A stretch of DNA of 44,292 bases from a virus. Taxonomy: Duplodnaviria > Heunggongvirae > Uroviricota > Caudoviricetes. The stretch lies in IMG/VR virus record IMGVR_UViG_2660238147_000001, one strand, 5' to 3'. The position numbers were made by a program, and so were the translations under genes. The stretch's first letter is position 1. Each line of letters starts with the position of its first letter. Below, one piece after another: positions 26,321 through 35,955 of this stretch. The notes beneath the pieces were generated by a model. The model searched no databases. It saw only the letters and a list, made by a program, of their open reading frames with translations, and was not told the DNA's origin.

Positions 26321-27349
26321 ATGGGATTGTTTACGACCCGCCAGTTACTCGGTTATACCGAACAAAAAGTTAAATTCCGTGCGCTGTTTCTGGAGCTGTT
26401 TTTCCGCCGCACGGTGAATTTCCACACCGAAGAGGTGATGCTGGACAAAATTACCGGAAAAACGCCGGTGGCGGCCTATGTCTCCCCGATCGTTGAAGGA
26501 AAAGTGCTTCGCCATCGCGGTGGTGAAACCCGCGTGTTACGTCCGGGCTACGTCAAGCCCAAACACGAATTTAATTACCAGCAGGCGGTTGAGCTCCTTC
26601 CTGGTGAAGATCCGGCTCAGCTGAACGACCCGGCCTACCGTCGTCTGCGTATCATTACCGATAACCTCAAACAGGAAGAGCACGCCATTGTCCAGGTGGA
26701 AGAAATGCAGGCGGTGAATGCCGTGCTGTATGGCAAATACACCATGGAAGGGGATCAGTTTGATACTGTCGAGGTGGATTTCGGGCGCTCTGAAGGAAAT
26801 AACATTGAGCAGGCTGACGGTAAAAAATGGTCTGAGCAGGACCGTGATACGTTTGATCCGACGCATGATATTGACCTCTACTGCGATCAGGCCAGCGGCC
26901 TTGTGAATATCGCCATTATGGACGGTACGGTCTGGCGTCTGCTGAATGGCTTTAAGCTGTTCCGCGAAAAACTGGATACCCGTCGCGGCTCAAATTCACA
27001 ACTCGAAACGGCAGTGAAAGACCTGGGGGCGGTGGTGTCCTTCAAGGGGTATTACGGCGATCTGGCCATTGTGGTGGCGAAAACGTCTTATGTGGCAGAG
27101 GACGGTACCGAAAAACGTTATCTGCCGGAGGGCACACTGGTCCTGGGGAATACGGCAGCAGAGGGCATTCGTTGCTATGGTGCCATTCAGGATGCGCAGG
27201 CGTTGTCCGAAGGTGTGGTGGCCTCTTCCCGTTATCCGAAACACTGGCTGACTGTGGGCGATCCGGCCCGTGAATTCACCATGACGCAGTCCGCACCGCT
27301 GATGGTGCTGCCGGATCCGGATGAGTTTGTGGTGGTACAGGTGAAATAA
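26321..27349 (+). CDS. E: Major capsid protein (lambda gpE-like)
   Basis: 342-aa ORF with extensive similarity to lambda gpE (YVSPIV, PGYVKPKHE, RRGSNSQLETAVKDLG, TGDPAREFTMTQSAPLM). Confidence 0.9.
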   Translation: MGLFTTRQLLGYTEQKVKFRALFLELFFRRTVNFHTEEVMLDKITGKTPVAAYVSPIVEGKVLRHRGGETRVLRPGYVKPKHEFNYQQAVELLPGEDPAQLNDPAYRRLRIITDNLKQEEHAIVQVEEMQAVNAVLYGKYTMEGDQFDTVEVDFGRSEGNNIEQADGKKWSEQDRDTFDPTHDIDLYCDQASGLVNIAIMDGTVWRLLNGFKLFREKLDTRRGSNSQLETAVKDLGAVVSFKGYYGDLAIVVAKTSYVAEDGTEKRYLPEGTLVLGNTAAEGIRCYGAIQDAQALSEGVVASSRYPKHWLTVGDPAREFTMTQSAPLMVLPDPDEFVVVQVK

Positions 27350-27358
27350 TCCGTGAGC

Positions 27359-27387
27359 GGGGGCGAAATGCCCCCGTGTCTTTTTTC
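27359..27387 (+). terminator. Rho-independent terminator-like hairpin downstream of the major capsid gene
   Basis: Stem CGGGGGC / GCCCCCG with GAAAT loop followed by TGTCTTTTTT; lies between E and FI. Confidence 0.45.
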
Positions 27388-27400
27388 ACAGGAGGCTGAG

Positions 27401-27766
27401 ATGGCAACAAAAGAAGAAAATCTGAATCGTCTTCGTGAACTGGCCCTGATTCTGGGGCGCGAGGCGGATATGTCGGGGAGTGCTGCGGATATTGCTCAAC
27501 GTGTGTCTGAGTGGGAAGAGGAAATGCAGTCATCCGGCGATGATGTACAGGTTATGAATATGGATATCCGGGAGCGGGAAACCGCGGCTCATGATGTTCG
27601 TGAGGAAACATCCGGCGCGTTAACGCGCATCAGAGTTCTGACCTGCCTCCATCTCTGTGGCGTTGATGGTGAAACGGGGGAATCCGTTGAGCTTGCGGAT
27701 GTTGGTCGGGTGATTCTGATTATGTCCTCAGATGCAAAATCACACAGACGATGGTGGAACGGCTGA
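27401..27766 (+). CDS. FI: DNA packaging protein FI-like
   Basis: 121-aa frame from an ATG with AGGAGG Shine-Dalgarno, in the gpFI position. Confidence 0.7.
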   Translation: MATKEENLNRLRELALILGREADMSGSAADIAQRVSEWEEEMQSSGDDVQVMNMDIRERETAAHDVREETSGALTRIRVLTCLHLCGVDGETGESVELADVGRVILIMSSDAKSHRRWWNG

Positions 27767-27768
27767 GC

Positions 27769-28122
27769 ATGCGTGATTTTCAGAATGCCTTTGATGCTGC
27801 CCTTGCCGGGGTGGACAGCACGATTGTTGAAGTGATGGGGCTCTGTGCGCAGTTCACCTCGGGAGCACAGCGTGGAAGCGAAGTTCAGGGGGTTTTTGAC
27901 GATCCGGAGTCGCTGGGTTTTGCCGGTGGCGGGGTCCGTATTGAAGGAAGCAGCCCGTCATTATTTGTGCGGACGGATACGGTGCGTGCCGTGCGGCGTG
28001 GTGACACGCTGACCATTAACGGCGAGATGTTCTGGGTGGATCGTGTTTCTCCGGATGACGGGGGCAGCTGTTATCTCTGGCTCAACCGTGGGCAACCACC
28101 CGCCGCCAGCCGTCGCCGCTGA
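27769..28122 (+). CDS. FII: Head-tail connector FII-like
   Basis: 117-aa frame resembling lambda gpFII (RDFQNAFDAA ... VDRVSPDDGGSCYLWL). Confidence 0.8.
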   Translation: MRDFQNAFDAALAGVDSTIVEVMGLCAQFTSGAQRGSEVQGVFDDPESLGFAGGGVRIEGSSPSLFVRTDTVRAVRRGDTLTINGEMFWVDRVSPDDGGSCYLWLNRGQPPAASRRR

Positions 28123-28133
28123 AAGGGGGATGT

Positions 28134-28712
28134 ATGGCGATAAAAGGGCTTGATCAGGCGATTGATAATCTGAGCCGTATCAGCAAAACGGCAGTGCCTG
28201 GTGCCGCCGCAATGACGATTAACCGCGTGGCCACAACGGCGATATCGCAGTCTTCATCACAGGTTGCCCGGGAGACAAAGGTACGCCGGAAACTGGTAAA
28301 GGAACGGTCCAGACTGAAACGGGCGACGGTCAGAAATCCGAACGCAAAAATTATCGTTAACCGCGGTGATCTTCCAGTGATTAAGCTGGGTAATGCGCGG
28401 GTTGTCCTTTCGCGCCGCAGGCGTCGTAAAAAGGGGCAGCGTTCATCCCTGAAAGGTGGCGGCAGCGTGCTTGTGGTGGGTAACCGTCGTATTCCCGGCG
28501 CATTCATTCAGCGATTAAAAAACGGTCGCTGGCATGTCATGCAGCGTGTGGCCGGGAAAAACCGTTACCCTATTGATGTGGTGAAAATCCCGATGGCGGT
28601 GCCGCTGACCACGGCGTTTGATGAGAATGTTGACCGTATCCGGTGTGAACGCCTGCCCGGAGAACTGGCATCCGCGCTGAAACAACAACTGAGGATTGCG
28701 ATAAAACGATGA
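28134..28712 (+). CDS. Z: Tail completion protein Z-like
   Basis: 192-aa ORF highly similar to lambda gpZ (MAIKGLDQAIDNLSRISKTAVPGAAAM ...). Confidence 0.85.
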   Translation: MAIKGLDQAIDNLSRISKTAVPGAAAMTINRVATTAISQSSSQVARETKVRRKLVKERSRLKRATVRNPNAKIIVNRGDLPVIKLGNARVVLSRRRRRKKGQRSSLKGGGSVLVVGNRRIPGAFIQRLKNGRWHVMQRVAGKNRYPIDVVKIPMAVPLTTAFDENVDRIRCERLPGELASALKQQLRIAIKR

Positions 28713-29104
28713 AACATACTGAATTCCGTGCAGCCGTACTGGATGCACTGGAAAAACATGACACCGGGGCGACGCTTTTTGATGGTCGCCCCGCTGTTTT
28801 TGATGAGGCGGATTTTCCTGCGATCGCGGTTTATCTCACCGGCGCTGAATACACCGGCGAAGAGCTGGACAGCGATACCTGGCAGGCGGAGCTGCATATT
28901 GAAGTTTTTTTACCGGCACAGGTACCGGATTCAGAGCTTGATCAGTGGATGGAAAGCCGGATTTACCCGGCGATGAGCGATATCCCGGCACTGTCAGATT
29001 TGATCACCAGTATGGTGGCCAGTGGCTATGACTACCGGCGCGACGATGATGCGGGCCTGTGGAGTTCTGCAGATCTGACTTATTCCATTACATACGAGAT
29101 GTGA
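28709..29104 (+). CDS. U: Tail terminator protein U-like
   Basis: 131-aa ORF, same length as lambda gpU; ATGA overlap with Z. Confidence 0.85.
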   Translation: MKHTEFRAAVLDALEKHDTGATLFDGRPAVFDEADFPAIAVYLTGAEYTGEELDSDTWQAELHIEVFLPAQVPDSELDQWMESRIYPAMSDIPALSDLITSMVASGYDYRRDDDAGLWSSADLTYSITYEM

Positions 29105-29111
29105 GGACGAT

Positions 29112-29852
29112 ATGGCAACACCAAATCCCCTGGCACCGGTGAAAGGGGCCGGAACCACACTGTGGGTTTATAACGGGAGCGGCGACCCTTATGCAAACCC
29201 GTTGTCAGACGATGGCTGGCAGCGACTGGCTAAGGTGAAGGATCTGACGCCGGGCGAGATGACGGCTGAACCCTACGATGATAACTACCTGGATGATGAA
29301 GACGCGGACTGGACCGCGACCGGGCAGGGACAGAAATCTGCAGGTGATACCAGTTTTACGCTGGCCTGGAAACCGGGAGAGGAAGGTCAGCAGGCGCTGC
29401 TGGCGTGGTTTAATGAAGGTGATACCCGTGCCTATAAAATCCGTTTTCCGAATGGCACGGTGGATGTGTTTCGTGGCTGGGTCAGCAGTATCGGTAAGGC
29501 CGTGACGGCGAAAGAAGTGATCACCCGCACGGTGAAAGTCACTAACGTGGGCCGTCCGTCAATGGCAGAAGATCGCAGTACGGTGACGGCGGCAACCGGT
29601 ATGACCGTGACGCCTGCCAGCTCCTCGGTGGTGAAAGGGAAAACAACCACCCTGACCGTTACTGTGGAACCGGAAAATGCAACGGATAAGACATTCAGGG
29701 CGATTTCCGCCGATCCATCAAAAGCCACCGTGTCGGTCAGTGGTATGACCATCACTGTGACGGGGGTTAAGGATGGAAAAGTCAGCATCCCTGTGATTTC
29801 CGGTAATGGTCAGTTTGCTGCGGTGGCAGAAATCACTGTCACCGACAGTTAA
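29112..29852 (+). CDS. V: Major tail tube protein V-like with C-terminal Ig-like domain
   Basis: 246-aa ORF, same length as lambda gpV; C-terminal Thr/Val-rich Ig-like segment. Confidence 0.9.
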   Translation: MATPNPLAPVKGAGTTLWVYNGSGDPYANPLSDDGWQRLAKVKDLTPGEMTAEPYDDNYLDDEDADWTATGQGQKSAGDTSFTLAWKPGEEGQQALLAWFNEGDTRAYKIRFPNGTVDVFRGWVSSIGKAVTAKEVITRTVKVTNVGRPSMAEDRSTVTAATGMTVTPASSSVVKGKTTTLTVTVEPENATDKTFRAISADPSKATVSVSGMTITVTGVKDGKVSIPVISGNGQFAAVAEITVTDS

Positions 29853-29868
29853 TCCGGAGAGATAAGCG

Positions 29869-30291
29869 ATGTTCCTGAAAACAGAACAATTTGAATATAA
29901 CGGTGTATCCGTCACGCTTTCTGAGCTGTCTGCGCTGCAGCGTATTGAGCATCTTGCCCTCCTGAAACGGCGGGCAGAACAGGCGGAGTCAGACAGCAAC
30001 CTGCAGGTGAGTGTGGAAGATCTTGTCAGAACCGGCGCGTTTCTGGTGGCGATGTCCCTGTGGCATAACCATCCGCAGAAGACAAAGCAGCCTTCCATGA
30101 ATGAAGCCGTTAAACAGATAGAGCAGGAAGTGCTCACCACCTGGCCTGCCGATGCCATTGCCCGGGCGGAAGACGTGGTGTTGTGCCTGTCCGGGATGTA
30201 TGGGTTTGTGGTGAATGATGCCCCTGACCAGGCAGAGGACTCCGGGCCTGCAGAGCCTGTTTCTGCGGGAAAGTCTTCGACGGCGAGCTGA
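29869..30291 (+). CDS. G: Tail assembly chaperone G
   Basis: 140-aa ORF in the gpG position ending just after the slippery heptamer. Confidence 0.85.
   Translation: MFLKTEQFEYNGVSVTLSELSALQRIEHLALLKRRAEQAESDSNLQVSVEDLVRTGAFLVAMSLWHNHPQKTKQPSMNEAVKQIEQEVLTTWPADAIARAEDVVLCLSGMYGFVVNDAPDQAEDSGPAEPVSAGKSSTAS
30267..30273 (+). promoter_or_regulatory. Programmed -1 ribosomal frameshift slippery site G_GGA_AAG (G to G-T)
   Basis: Heptamer GGGAAAG in the G frame as gcG GGA AAG; the -1 frame continues directly into the T ORF (VFDGELNFALRLAREMGRPDWRAM...). Confidence 0.8.
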
Positions 30292-30707
30292 ACTTTGCCC
30301 TCAGACTGGCGCGTGAGATGGGGAGACCCGACTGGCGCGCCATGCTTGCCGGGATGACATCCACCGAATATGCCGACTGGCACCGTTTTTACCGCACGCA
30401 TTATTTTCAGGATACCCAGCTGGATATGCATTTTTCCGGGCTGACGTACGCTGTACTCAGCCTGTTTTTTTGCGATCCGGATATGCATCCGCTGGATTTC
30501 AGTTTGCTGAACCGGCGTGAGGATGACGAAGAGCCTGAAGATGATGTGCTGATGCAGAAAGCGGCAGGACTTGCCGGAGGCGTCCGGTTTGACCCGGACG
30601 GAAATGAAGTTATCCCCGCTTCCCCGGATATGGCGGGCATGACGGAGGATGACGTAATGCTGATGACAGTATCAGAAGGGATCCCGGGAGGTGTCAGGTA
30701 TGGCTGA
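30267..30707 (+). CDS. T: T portion of the G-T frameshift fusion chaperone
   Basis: -1 frame open from the slippery site to 30707; strongly resembles lambda gpT; no independent start required. Confidence 0.8.
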   Translation, partial: GKVFDGELNFALRLAREMGRPDWRAMLAGMTSTEYADWHRFYRTHYFQDTQLDMHFSGLTYAVLSLFFCDPDMHPLDFSLLNRREDDEEPEDDVLMQKAAGLAGGVRFDPDGNEVIPASPDMAGMTEDDVMLMTVSEGIPGGVRYG

Positions 30708-33261
30708 GCCGGTTGGCGATCTTGTTATTGACTTTAGTCTGGATGCGGCCAGATTTGACGAGCAGATGGCCAGAGTCAGGCGTCATTTTTCCGGTACGGA
30801 AAGTGATGCGAAAAAAACAGCGGCAGTCGTTGAACAGTCGCTGAGCCGCCAGGCGCTGGCTGCACAAAAAGCAGGGATTTCCGTCGGGCAGTATAAAGCG
30901 GCCATGCGAACCCTGCCCGCACAGTTTACGGATATCGCCACGCAGCTTGCCGGTGGTCAGAATCCCTGGCTGATCCTGCTGCAACAGGGCGGTCAGGTGA
31001 AGGACTCCTTCGGCGGGATGATCCCCATGTTCAGGGGGCTTGCCGGTGCGATCACCCTGCCGATGGTCGGGGTCACCTCGCTGGCGGTGGCGACAGGTGC
31101 GCTGGTGTACGCCTGGTACCAGGGAGATTCCACGCTTTCAGCGTTTAATAAAACCCTGGTTCTTTCCGGTAATCAGTCCGGACTGACTGCCGATCGCATG
31201 CTGACGCTCTCCAGAGCCGGACAGGCCGCAGGGCTGACGTTTAACCAGGCGAGTGAGTCACTGGCAGCCATGGTGAATGCCGGTGTGCGTGGTGGTGAAC
31301 AGTTTGATGCCATCAACCAGAGTGTCGCGCGTTTTGCTTCTGCATCCGGTGTGGAGGTGGACAAGGTTGCAGAGGCTTTCGGAAAACTGACCACTGACCC
31401 GACGTCGGGGCTGATTGCGATGGCGAAGCAGTTCCATAACGTGACGGCGGAGCAGATTGCGTATGTTGCTCAGTTGCAGCGTTCCGGCGATGAAACCGGG
31501 GCATTGCAGGCGGCGAACGAGGCCGCAACGAAAGGGTTTGATGACCAGACCCGCCGCCTGAAAGAGAACATGGGCACGCTGGAGACCTGGGCAGACAGGA
31601 CAGCGCGGGCATTCAAATCCATGTGGGATGCGGTGCTGGATATTGGTCGTCCTGATACCGCGCAGGAGATGCTGATTAAGGCAGAGGCTGCGTTTAAGAA
31701 AGCAGACGACATCTGGAATCTGCGCAAGGATGATTATTTTGTTAACGATGAAGCGCGGGCGCGTTACTGGGATGATCGTGAAAAGGCCCGTCTTGCGCTT
31801 GAAGCCGCCCGAAAGAAGGCTGAGCAGCAGACTCAACAGGACAAAAATGCGCAGCAGCAGAGCGATACCGAAGCGTCACGGCTGAAATATACCGAAGAGG
31901 CGCAGAGGGCTTACGAACGGCTGCAGACGCCGCTGGAGAAATATACCGCCCGTCAGGAAGAACTGAACAAGGCACTGAAAGACGGGAAAATCCTGCAGGC
32001 GGATTACAACACGCTGATGGCGGCGGCGAAAAAGGATTATGAAGCGACGCTGAAAAAGCCGAAACAGTCCGGCGTGAAGGTGTCTGCGGGCGATCGTCAG
32101 GAAGACAGTGCTCATGCTGCCCTGCTGACGCTTCAGGCAGAACTCCGGACGCTGGAGAAGCATGCCGGAGCGAATGAGAAAATCAGCCAGCAGCGCCGGG
32201 ATTTGTGGAAGGCGGAGAGTCAGTTCGCGGTACTGGAGGAGGCGGCGCAACGTCGCCAGCTGTCTGCACAGGAGAAATCCCTGCTGGCGCATAAAGATGA
32301 GACGCTGGAGTACAAACGCCAGCTGGCTGCACTTGGCGACAAGGTTACGTATCAGGAGCGCCTGAACGCGCTGGCGCAGCAGGCGGATAAATTCGCACAG
32401 CAGCAACGGGCAAAACGGGCCGCCATTGATGCGAAAAGCCGGGGGCTGACTGACCGGCAGGCAGAACGGGAAGCCACGGAACAGCGCCTGAAGGAACAGT
32501 ATGGCGATAATCCGCTGGCGCTGAATAACGTCATGTCAGAGCAGAAAAAGACCTGGGCGGCTGAAGACCTGCTTCGCGGGAACTGGATGGCAGGCCTCAG
32601 GTCCGGCTGGAGTGAGTGGGAAGAGAGTGCCACGGACAGTATGTCGCAGGTAAAAAGTGCTGCCACGCAGACCTTTGACGGTATTGCACAGAATATGGCA
32701 GCGATGCTGACCGGCAGCGAACAGAACTGGCGTGGTTTCACCCGTTCTGTGCTGTCCATGCTGACAGAGATTTTTCTGAAGCAGGCGATGGTGGGGATAG
32801 TCGGGAGTATCGGCAGCGCCATTGGCGGTGCTTTCGGTGGTGGTGCGTCTGCCTCCACGGGGACGGCCATTCAGGCTGCGGCGGCGAACTTCCATTTCGC
32901 GACCGGGGGATTTACGGGGACGGGGGGTAAATATGAACCTGCGGGGATTGTTCATCGCGGGGAGTTTGTCTTCACGAAGGAGGCGACCAGCCGGATTGGT
33001 GTCGGCAATCTGTACCGCCTGATGCGGGGCTATGCGGAAGGTGGTTATGTCGGCGGTGCCGGAAGTCCGGCGCAGATGCGGCGGGCGGAAGGCATTAATT
33101 TTAATCAGAACAATCACGTGGTGATTCAGAACGACGGCCCCAACGGGCGGGCAGGGCCGCAGCTGATGAAAGCGGTGTATGAGATGGCCCGCAAGGGGGC
33201 ACAGGATGAACTCCGGCTGCAGTTGCGTGATGGCGGTATGTTATCAGGGAGCGGTGGATGA
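30700..33261 (+). CDS. H: Tail tape measure protein H-like
   Basis: 853-aa frame starting MAEPVGDLV, same length as lambda gpH and closely similar along its length. Confidence 0.9.
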   Translation: MAEPVGDLVIDFSLDAARFDEQMARVRRHFSGTESDAKKTAAVVEQSLSRQALAAQKAGISVGQYKAAMRTLPAQFTDIATQLAGGQNPWLILLQQGGQVKDSFGGMIPMFRGLAGAITLPMVGVTSLAVATGALVYAWYQGDSTLSAFNKTLVLSGNQSGLTADRMLTLSRAGQAAGLTFNQASESLAAMVNAGVRGGEQFDAINQSVARFASASGVEVDKVAEAFGKLTTDPTSGLIAMAKQFHNVTAEQIAYVAQLQRSGDETGALQAANEAATKGFDDQTRRLKENMGTLETWADRTARAFKSMWDAVLDIGRPDTAQEMLIKAEAAFKKADDIWNLRKDDYFVNDEARARYWDDREKARLALEAARKKAEQQTQQDKNAQQQSDTEASRLKYTEEAQRAYERLQTPLEKYTARQEELNKALKDGKILQADYNTLMAAAKKDYEATLKKPKQSGVKVSAGDRQEDSAHAALLTLQAELRTLEKHAGANEKISQQRRDLWKAESQFAVLEEAAQRRQLSAQEKSLLAHKDETLEYKRQLAALGDKVTYQERLNALAQQADKFAQQQRAKRAAIDAKSRGLTDRQAEREATEQRLKEQYGDNPLALNNVMSEQKKTWAAEDLLRGNWMAGLRSGWSEWEESATDSMSQVKSAATQTFDGIAQNMAAMLTGSEQNWRGFTRSVLSMLTEIFLKQAMVGIVGSIGSAIGGAFGGGASASTGTAIQAAAANFHFATGGFTGTGGKYEPAGIVHRGEFVFTKEATSRIGVGNLYRLMRGYAEGGYVGGAGSPAQMRRAEGINFNQNNHVVIQNDGPNGRAGPQLMKAVYEMARKGAQDELRLQLRDGGMLSGSGG

Positions 33262-33587
33262 AAACCTTTCGCTGGAAAGTGAAGCCGGATATGGAGGTGA
33301 ACTCGCAGCCATCGGTGCGTGAAGTGCGTTTTGGTGACGGGTACTCACAGCGTATGGCGGCAGGGCTGAATGCTGACCTGAAAACATACAGGGTGACGCT
33401 TTCCGTGACCCGGGAGGAGGCCCGGCATCTGGAAGCGTTCCTGGCAGAGCACGGTGGCTGGAAGGCATTTTTGTGGAAGCCACCCTATGCATACCGGCAG
33501 ATAAAGGTGACCTGTGCCGGGTGGTCTGCGCGGGTCGGGATGTTGCGCGTTGAGTTCAGCGCGGAGTTTAAGCAGGTGGTGAACTGA
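33258..33587 (+). CDS. M: Tail tip protein M-like
   Basis: 109-aa ORF, lambda gpM length; ATGA overlap with H. Confidence 0.85.
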   Translation: MKTFRWKVKPDMEVNSQPSVREVRFGDGYSQRMAAGLNADLKTYRVTLSVTREEARHLEAFLAEHGGWKAFLWKPPYAYRQIKVTCAGWSARVGMLRVEFSAEFKQVVN

Positions 33588-34285
33588 TGCAGGATATTCG
33601 CGAAGAAAGTCTGAACGAGTCGGTTAAGTCAGAGCAGTCACCGCGGGTGGTACTCTGGGAAATCGACCTGACGGTACAGGGTGGTGAGCGGTATTTTTTC
33701 TGTAATGAGCTGAATGAAAAAGGGGAGCCGGTCACCTGGCAGGGGCGTAAGTATGAGGCATACCCGATTGACGGCAGCGGCTTTGAGATGAACGGCCGGG
33801 GCAGCAGTGCCAGACCGTCGCTGACGGTGTCCAATCTGTTCGGTCTGGTCACCGGGATGGCGGAAGACCTGCAGAGTCTGGTGGGGGCCACGGTGGTCCG
33901 CCGCCGGGTGTATGCCCGTTTTCTGGATGCGGTGAATTTCGTTGCGGGCAATCCGGAGGCGGACCCGGAGCAGGAGCTGAGTGACCGCTGGGTGGTGGAG
34001 CAGATGTCGCAGCTGACAGCCATGACGGCCTCGTTTGTGCTGGCTACACCGACCGAGACGGACGGGGCGCTGTTTCCCGGTCGCATCATGCTGGCGAACA
34101 CCTGTATGTGGGATTACCGGGGAGATGAATGCGGGTATAACGGTCCTGCGGTGGCGGATGAGTTCGACAACCCCACCACGGATATCCGTAAGGACAGATG
34201 CAGCAAGTGCATGCGCGGGTGTGAGATGCGCGGCATGGTGGCTAATTTTGGCGGTTTCCTTTCCATTAACAAACTTTCGCAGTAA
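33587..34285 (+). CDS. L: Tail tip protein L-like
   Basis: 232-aa ORF, lambda gpL length; C-terminal Cys cluster (CSKCMRGCEMRGM). Confidence 0.85.
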   Translation: MQDIREESLNESVKSEQSPRVVLWEIDLTVQGGERYFFCNELNEKGEPVTWQGRKYEAYPIDGSGFEMNGRGSSARPSLTVSNLFGLVTGMAEDLQSLVGATVVRRRVYARFLDAVNFVAGNPEADPEQELSDRWVVEQMSQLTAMTASFVLATPTETDGALFPGRIMLANTCMWDYRGDECGYNGPAVADEFDNPTTDIRKDRCSKCMRGCEMRGMVANFGGFLSINKLSQ

Positions 34286-34290
34286 ATCCA

Positions 34291-35034
34291 ATGACACAGA
34301 CAGAATCAGCGATTCTGGCGCATGCCCGGCGGTGTGTGCCTGCGGAGTCGTGCGGCTTAGTGGTGAGAACGCCGGAGGGGGAGCGGTATATCCCTTGTGT
34401 GAATATCTCTGCAGAGCCGGAGGTGTATTTTCGTATTGCACCGGAAGACTGGCTGCGGGCAGAGATGCAGGGGGAGATTGTGGCACTGGTCCACAGTCAT
34501 CCCGGTGGGCTGCCCTGGCTGAGCGAGGCTGACCGGCGGCTGCAGATAAAAAGCGCACTGCCCTGGTGGCTGGTCTGCCGGGGTGACATTCACAAATTCC
34601 GCTGTGTGCCACATCTGACGGGACGGCGCTTTGAGCACGGGGTGACGGACTGTTACACGCTGTTCCGGGATGCTTATCATCTGGCGGGGACTGAGATGCC
34701 GGATTTTCATCGCGAGGATGACTGGTGGCGTCACGGTCAGAATCTCTATCTGGATAATCTGGAGGCCACAGGGCTGTATCAGGTGCCGTTGTCAGCGGCG
34801 CAGCCGGGCGATGTGCTGCTGTGCTGTTTTGGTTCATCGGTGCCGAATCATGCCGCCATTTACTGTGGTGACGGCGAGCTGCTGCACCATATTCCTGAAC
34901 AACTGAGTAAACGGGAGAGGTATTCCGAAAAATGGCAACGACGAACGCATTCTGTCTGGCGTCACCGCCACTGGCACGCATCTGCCTTCACGGGGATTTG
35001 CAACGATTTGGCCGCCGCCTCAGCCTGTATGTGA
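34291..35034 (+). CDS. K: Tail tip assembly protein K-like (MPN/JAMM plus NlpC/P60-like domains)
   Basis: Six-frame ORF of 247 aa with HSHP metalloprotease-like motif and Cys/His of an NlpC/P60-like domain; 3' end overlaps the I start by 103 nt, so true boundaries are uncertain. Confidence 0.75.
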   Translation: MTQTESAILAHARRCVPAESCGLVVRTPEGERYIPCVNISAEPEVYFRIAPEDWLRAEMQGEIVALVHSHPGGLPWLSEADRRLQIKSALPWWLVCRGDIHKFRCVPHLTGRRFEHGVTDCYTLFRDAYHLAGTEMPDFHREDDWWRHGQNLYLDNLEATGLYQVPLSAAQPGDVLLCCFGSSVPNHAAIYCGDGELLHHIPEQLSKRERYSEKWQRRTHSVWRHRHWHASAFTGICNDLAAASACM

Positions 35035-35612
35035 ACACGGCAGCGGAAGCCATCCGTGCCCTGTCGTTACAGGTGCCGGGCTTTCGCCGTCAGATGAACG
35101 AAGGCTGGTACCAGATACGTATTGCCGGTGATGACACGGCACCGGAGGCGGTGTACGCCCGTCTTCACGAACAGCTGGGTGAGGGAACGGTCATCCACAT
35201 TGTGCCGCGACTGGCCGGAGCCGGAAAGGGCGGACTGCAGATTGTGCTGGGGGCGGCAGCCATCGTGGGCTCTTTCTTCACGGCCGGTGCCTCGATGGTG
35301 TTATGGGGTACAGCCCTGAGTGCCGGCGGTTTTTCTGCCACCACGATGCTGTTTTCACTGGGGGCCAGCATGATACTGGGCGGTGTGGCCCAGATGCTGG
35401 CCCCGAAGGCAAAAACACCGGATTACCGCGCAACGGATAACGGCAGACAGAACACGTACTTTTCCTCGCTGGATAACATGATTGCCCAGGGGAACCCGAT
35501 GCCGGTGCCTTACGGGGAAATGCTGGTTGGCTCCCGCCGTATATCCCAGGACATCAGCACCCGTGATGAAGGCGGGGGCGGAAAGGTCGTGGTTATCGGG
35601 CGGCAGGGGTAA
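34932..35612 (+). CDS. I: Tail tip assembly protein I-like
   Basis: 226-aa ORF starting MATTNAFCLASPPLARICLHGDLQRFGRR, closely similar to lambda gpI as I recall. Confidence 0.85.
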   Translation: MATTNAFCLASPPLARICLHGDLQRFGRRLSLYVNTAAEAIRALSLQVPGFRRQMNEGWYQIRIAGDDTAPEAVYARLHEQLGEGTVIHIVPRLAGAGKGGLQIVLGAAAIVGSFFTAGASMVLWGTALSAGGFSATTMLFSLGASMILGGVAQMLAPKAKTPDYRATDNGRQNTYFSSLDNMIAQGNPMPVPYGEMLVGSRRISQDISTRDEGGGGKVVVIGRQG

Positions 35613-35619
35613 AAAGAAT

Positions 35620-35716
35620 AAAAAAATCCCGCAGTGATCGCGGACAGGAACTGCGGGAGAGTTACGAAGATTAAGTGTAAGGAATTATTCTTATATCACG
35701 ACAAAAAAATTAACGC
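35620..35716 (-). ncRNA. Candidate small RNA in the I-J intergenic gap
   Basis: Minus-strand unit of ~97 nt bounded by a near-consensus promoter and an intrinsic terminator (hairpin TCCCGCAGT ... ACTGCGGGA, 35627-35658, followed by a 7-U tract); no credible ORF with Shine-Dalgarno inside. Confidence 0.35.
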
Positions 35717-35722
35717 AGAGAA

Positions 35723-35750
35723 ATTATACGCGCCACAGTCAGTTTGTGAA
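35723..35750 (-). promoter_or_regulatory. Near-consensus sigma70 promoter driving the candidate I-J sRNA
   Basis: Minus strand: -35 TTCACA (complement of 35745-35750), 16-nt spacer, perfect -10 TATAAT (complement of 35723-35728). Confidence 0.4.
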
Positions 35751-35821
35751 AATGTGAAGATATTCAGAATTTTTATGCCATTACCGGTTTTAACCAACAG
35801 GATTATCGGTGGGCATGAAAG

Positions 35822-35858
35822 AAAACCCCGGTATCTGCTGATACCGGGGTTTCTCTTT
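35822..35858. terminator. Bidirectional rho-independent terminator in the I-J gap
   Basis: Perfect 9-bp stem CCCCGGTAT / ATACCGGGG with 6-nt loop, flanked by GAAAA upstream and TTTCTCTTT downstream. Confidence 0.55.
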
Positions 35859-35955
35859 AGCATGGCAGAAATGTGTTTCATGCTTTTCGGGCGAAGGATA
35901 TCCGACTTCTGTACGGAATGGCAAGTGGCGGTTAATTTATTCAGGGGAAGGCTGT

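Noticed and set aside
33638-34981. 447-aa minus-strand ORF spanning the L and K genes
   Set aside because: Antisense shadow ORF in a GC-rich region; the plus strand here encodes well-recognised lambda-like L and K proteins; the translation is Pro/Arg/Ala-rich low complexity with no start context.
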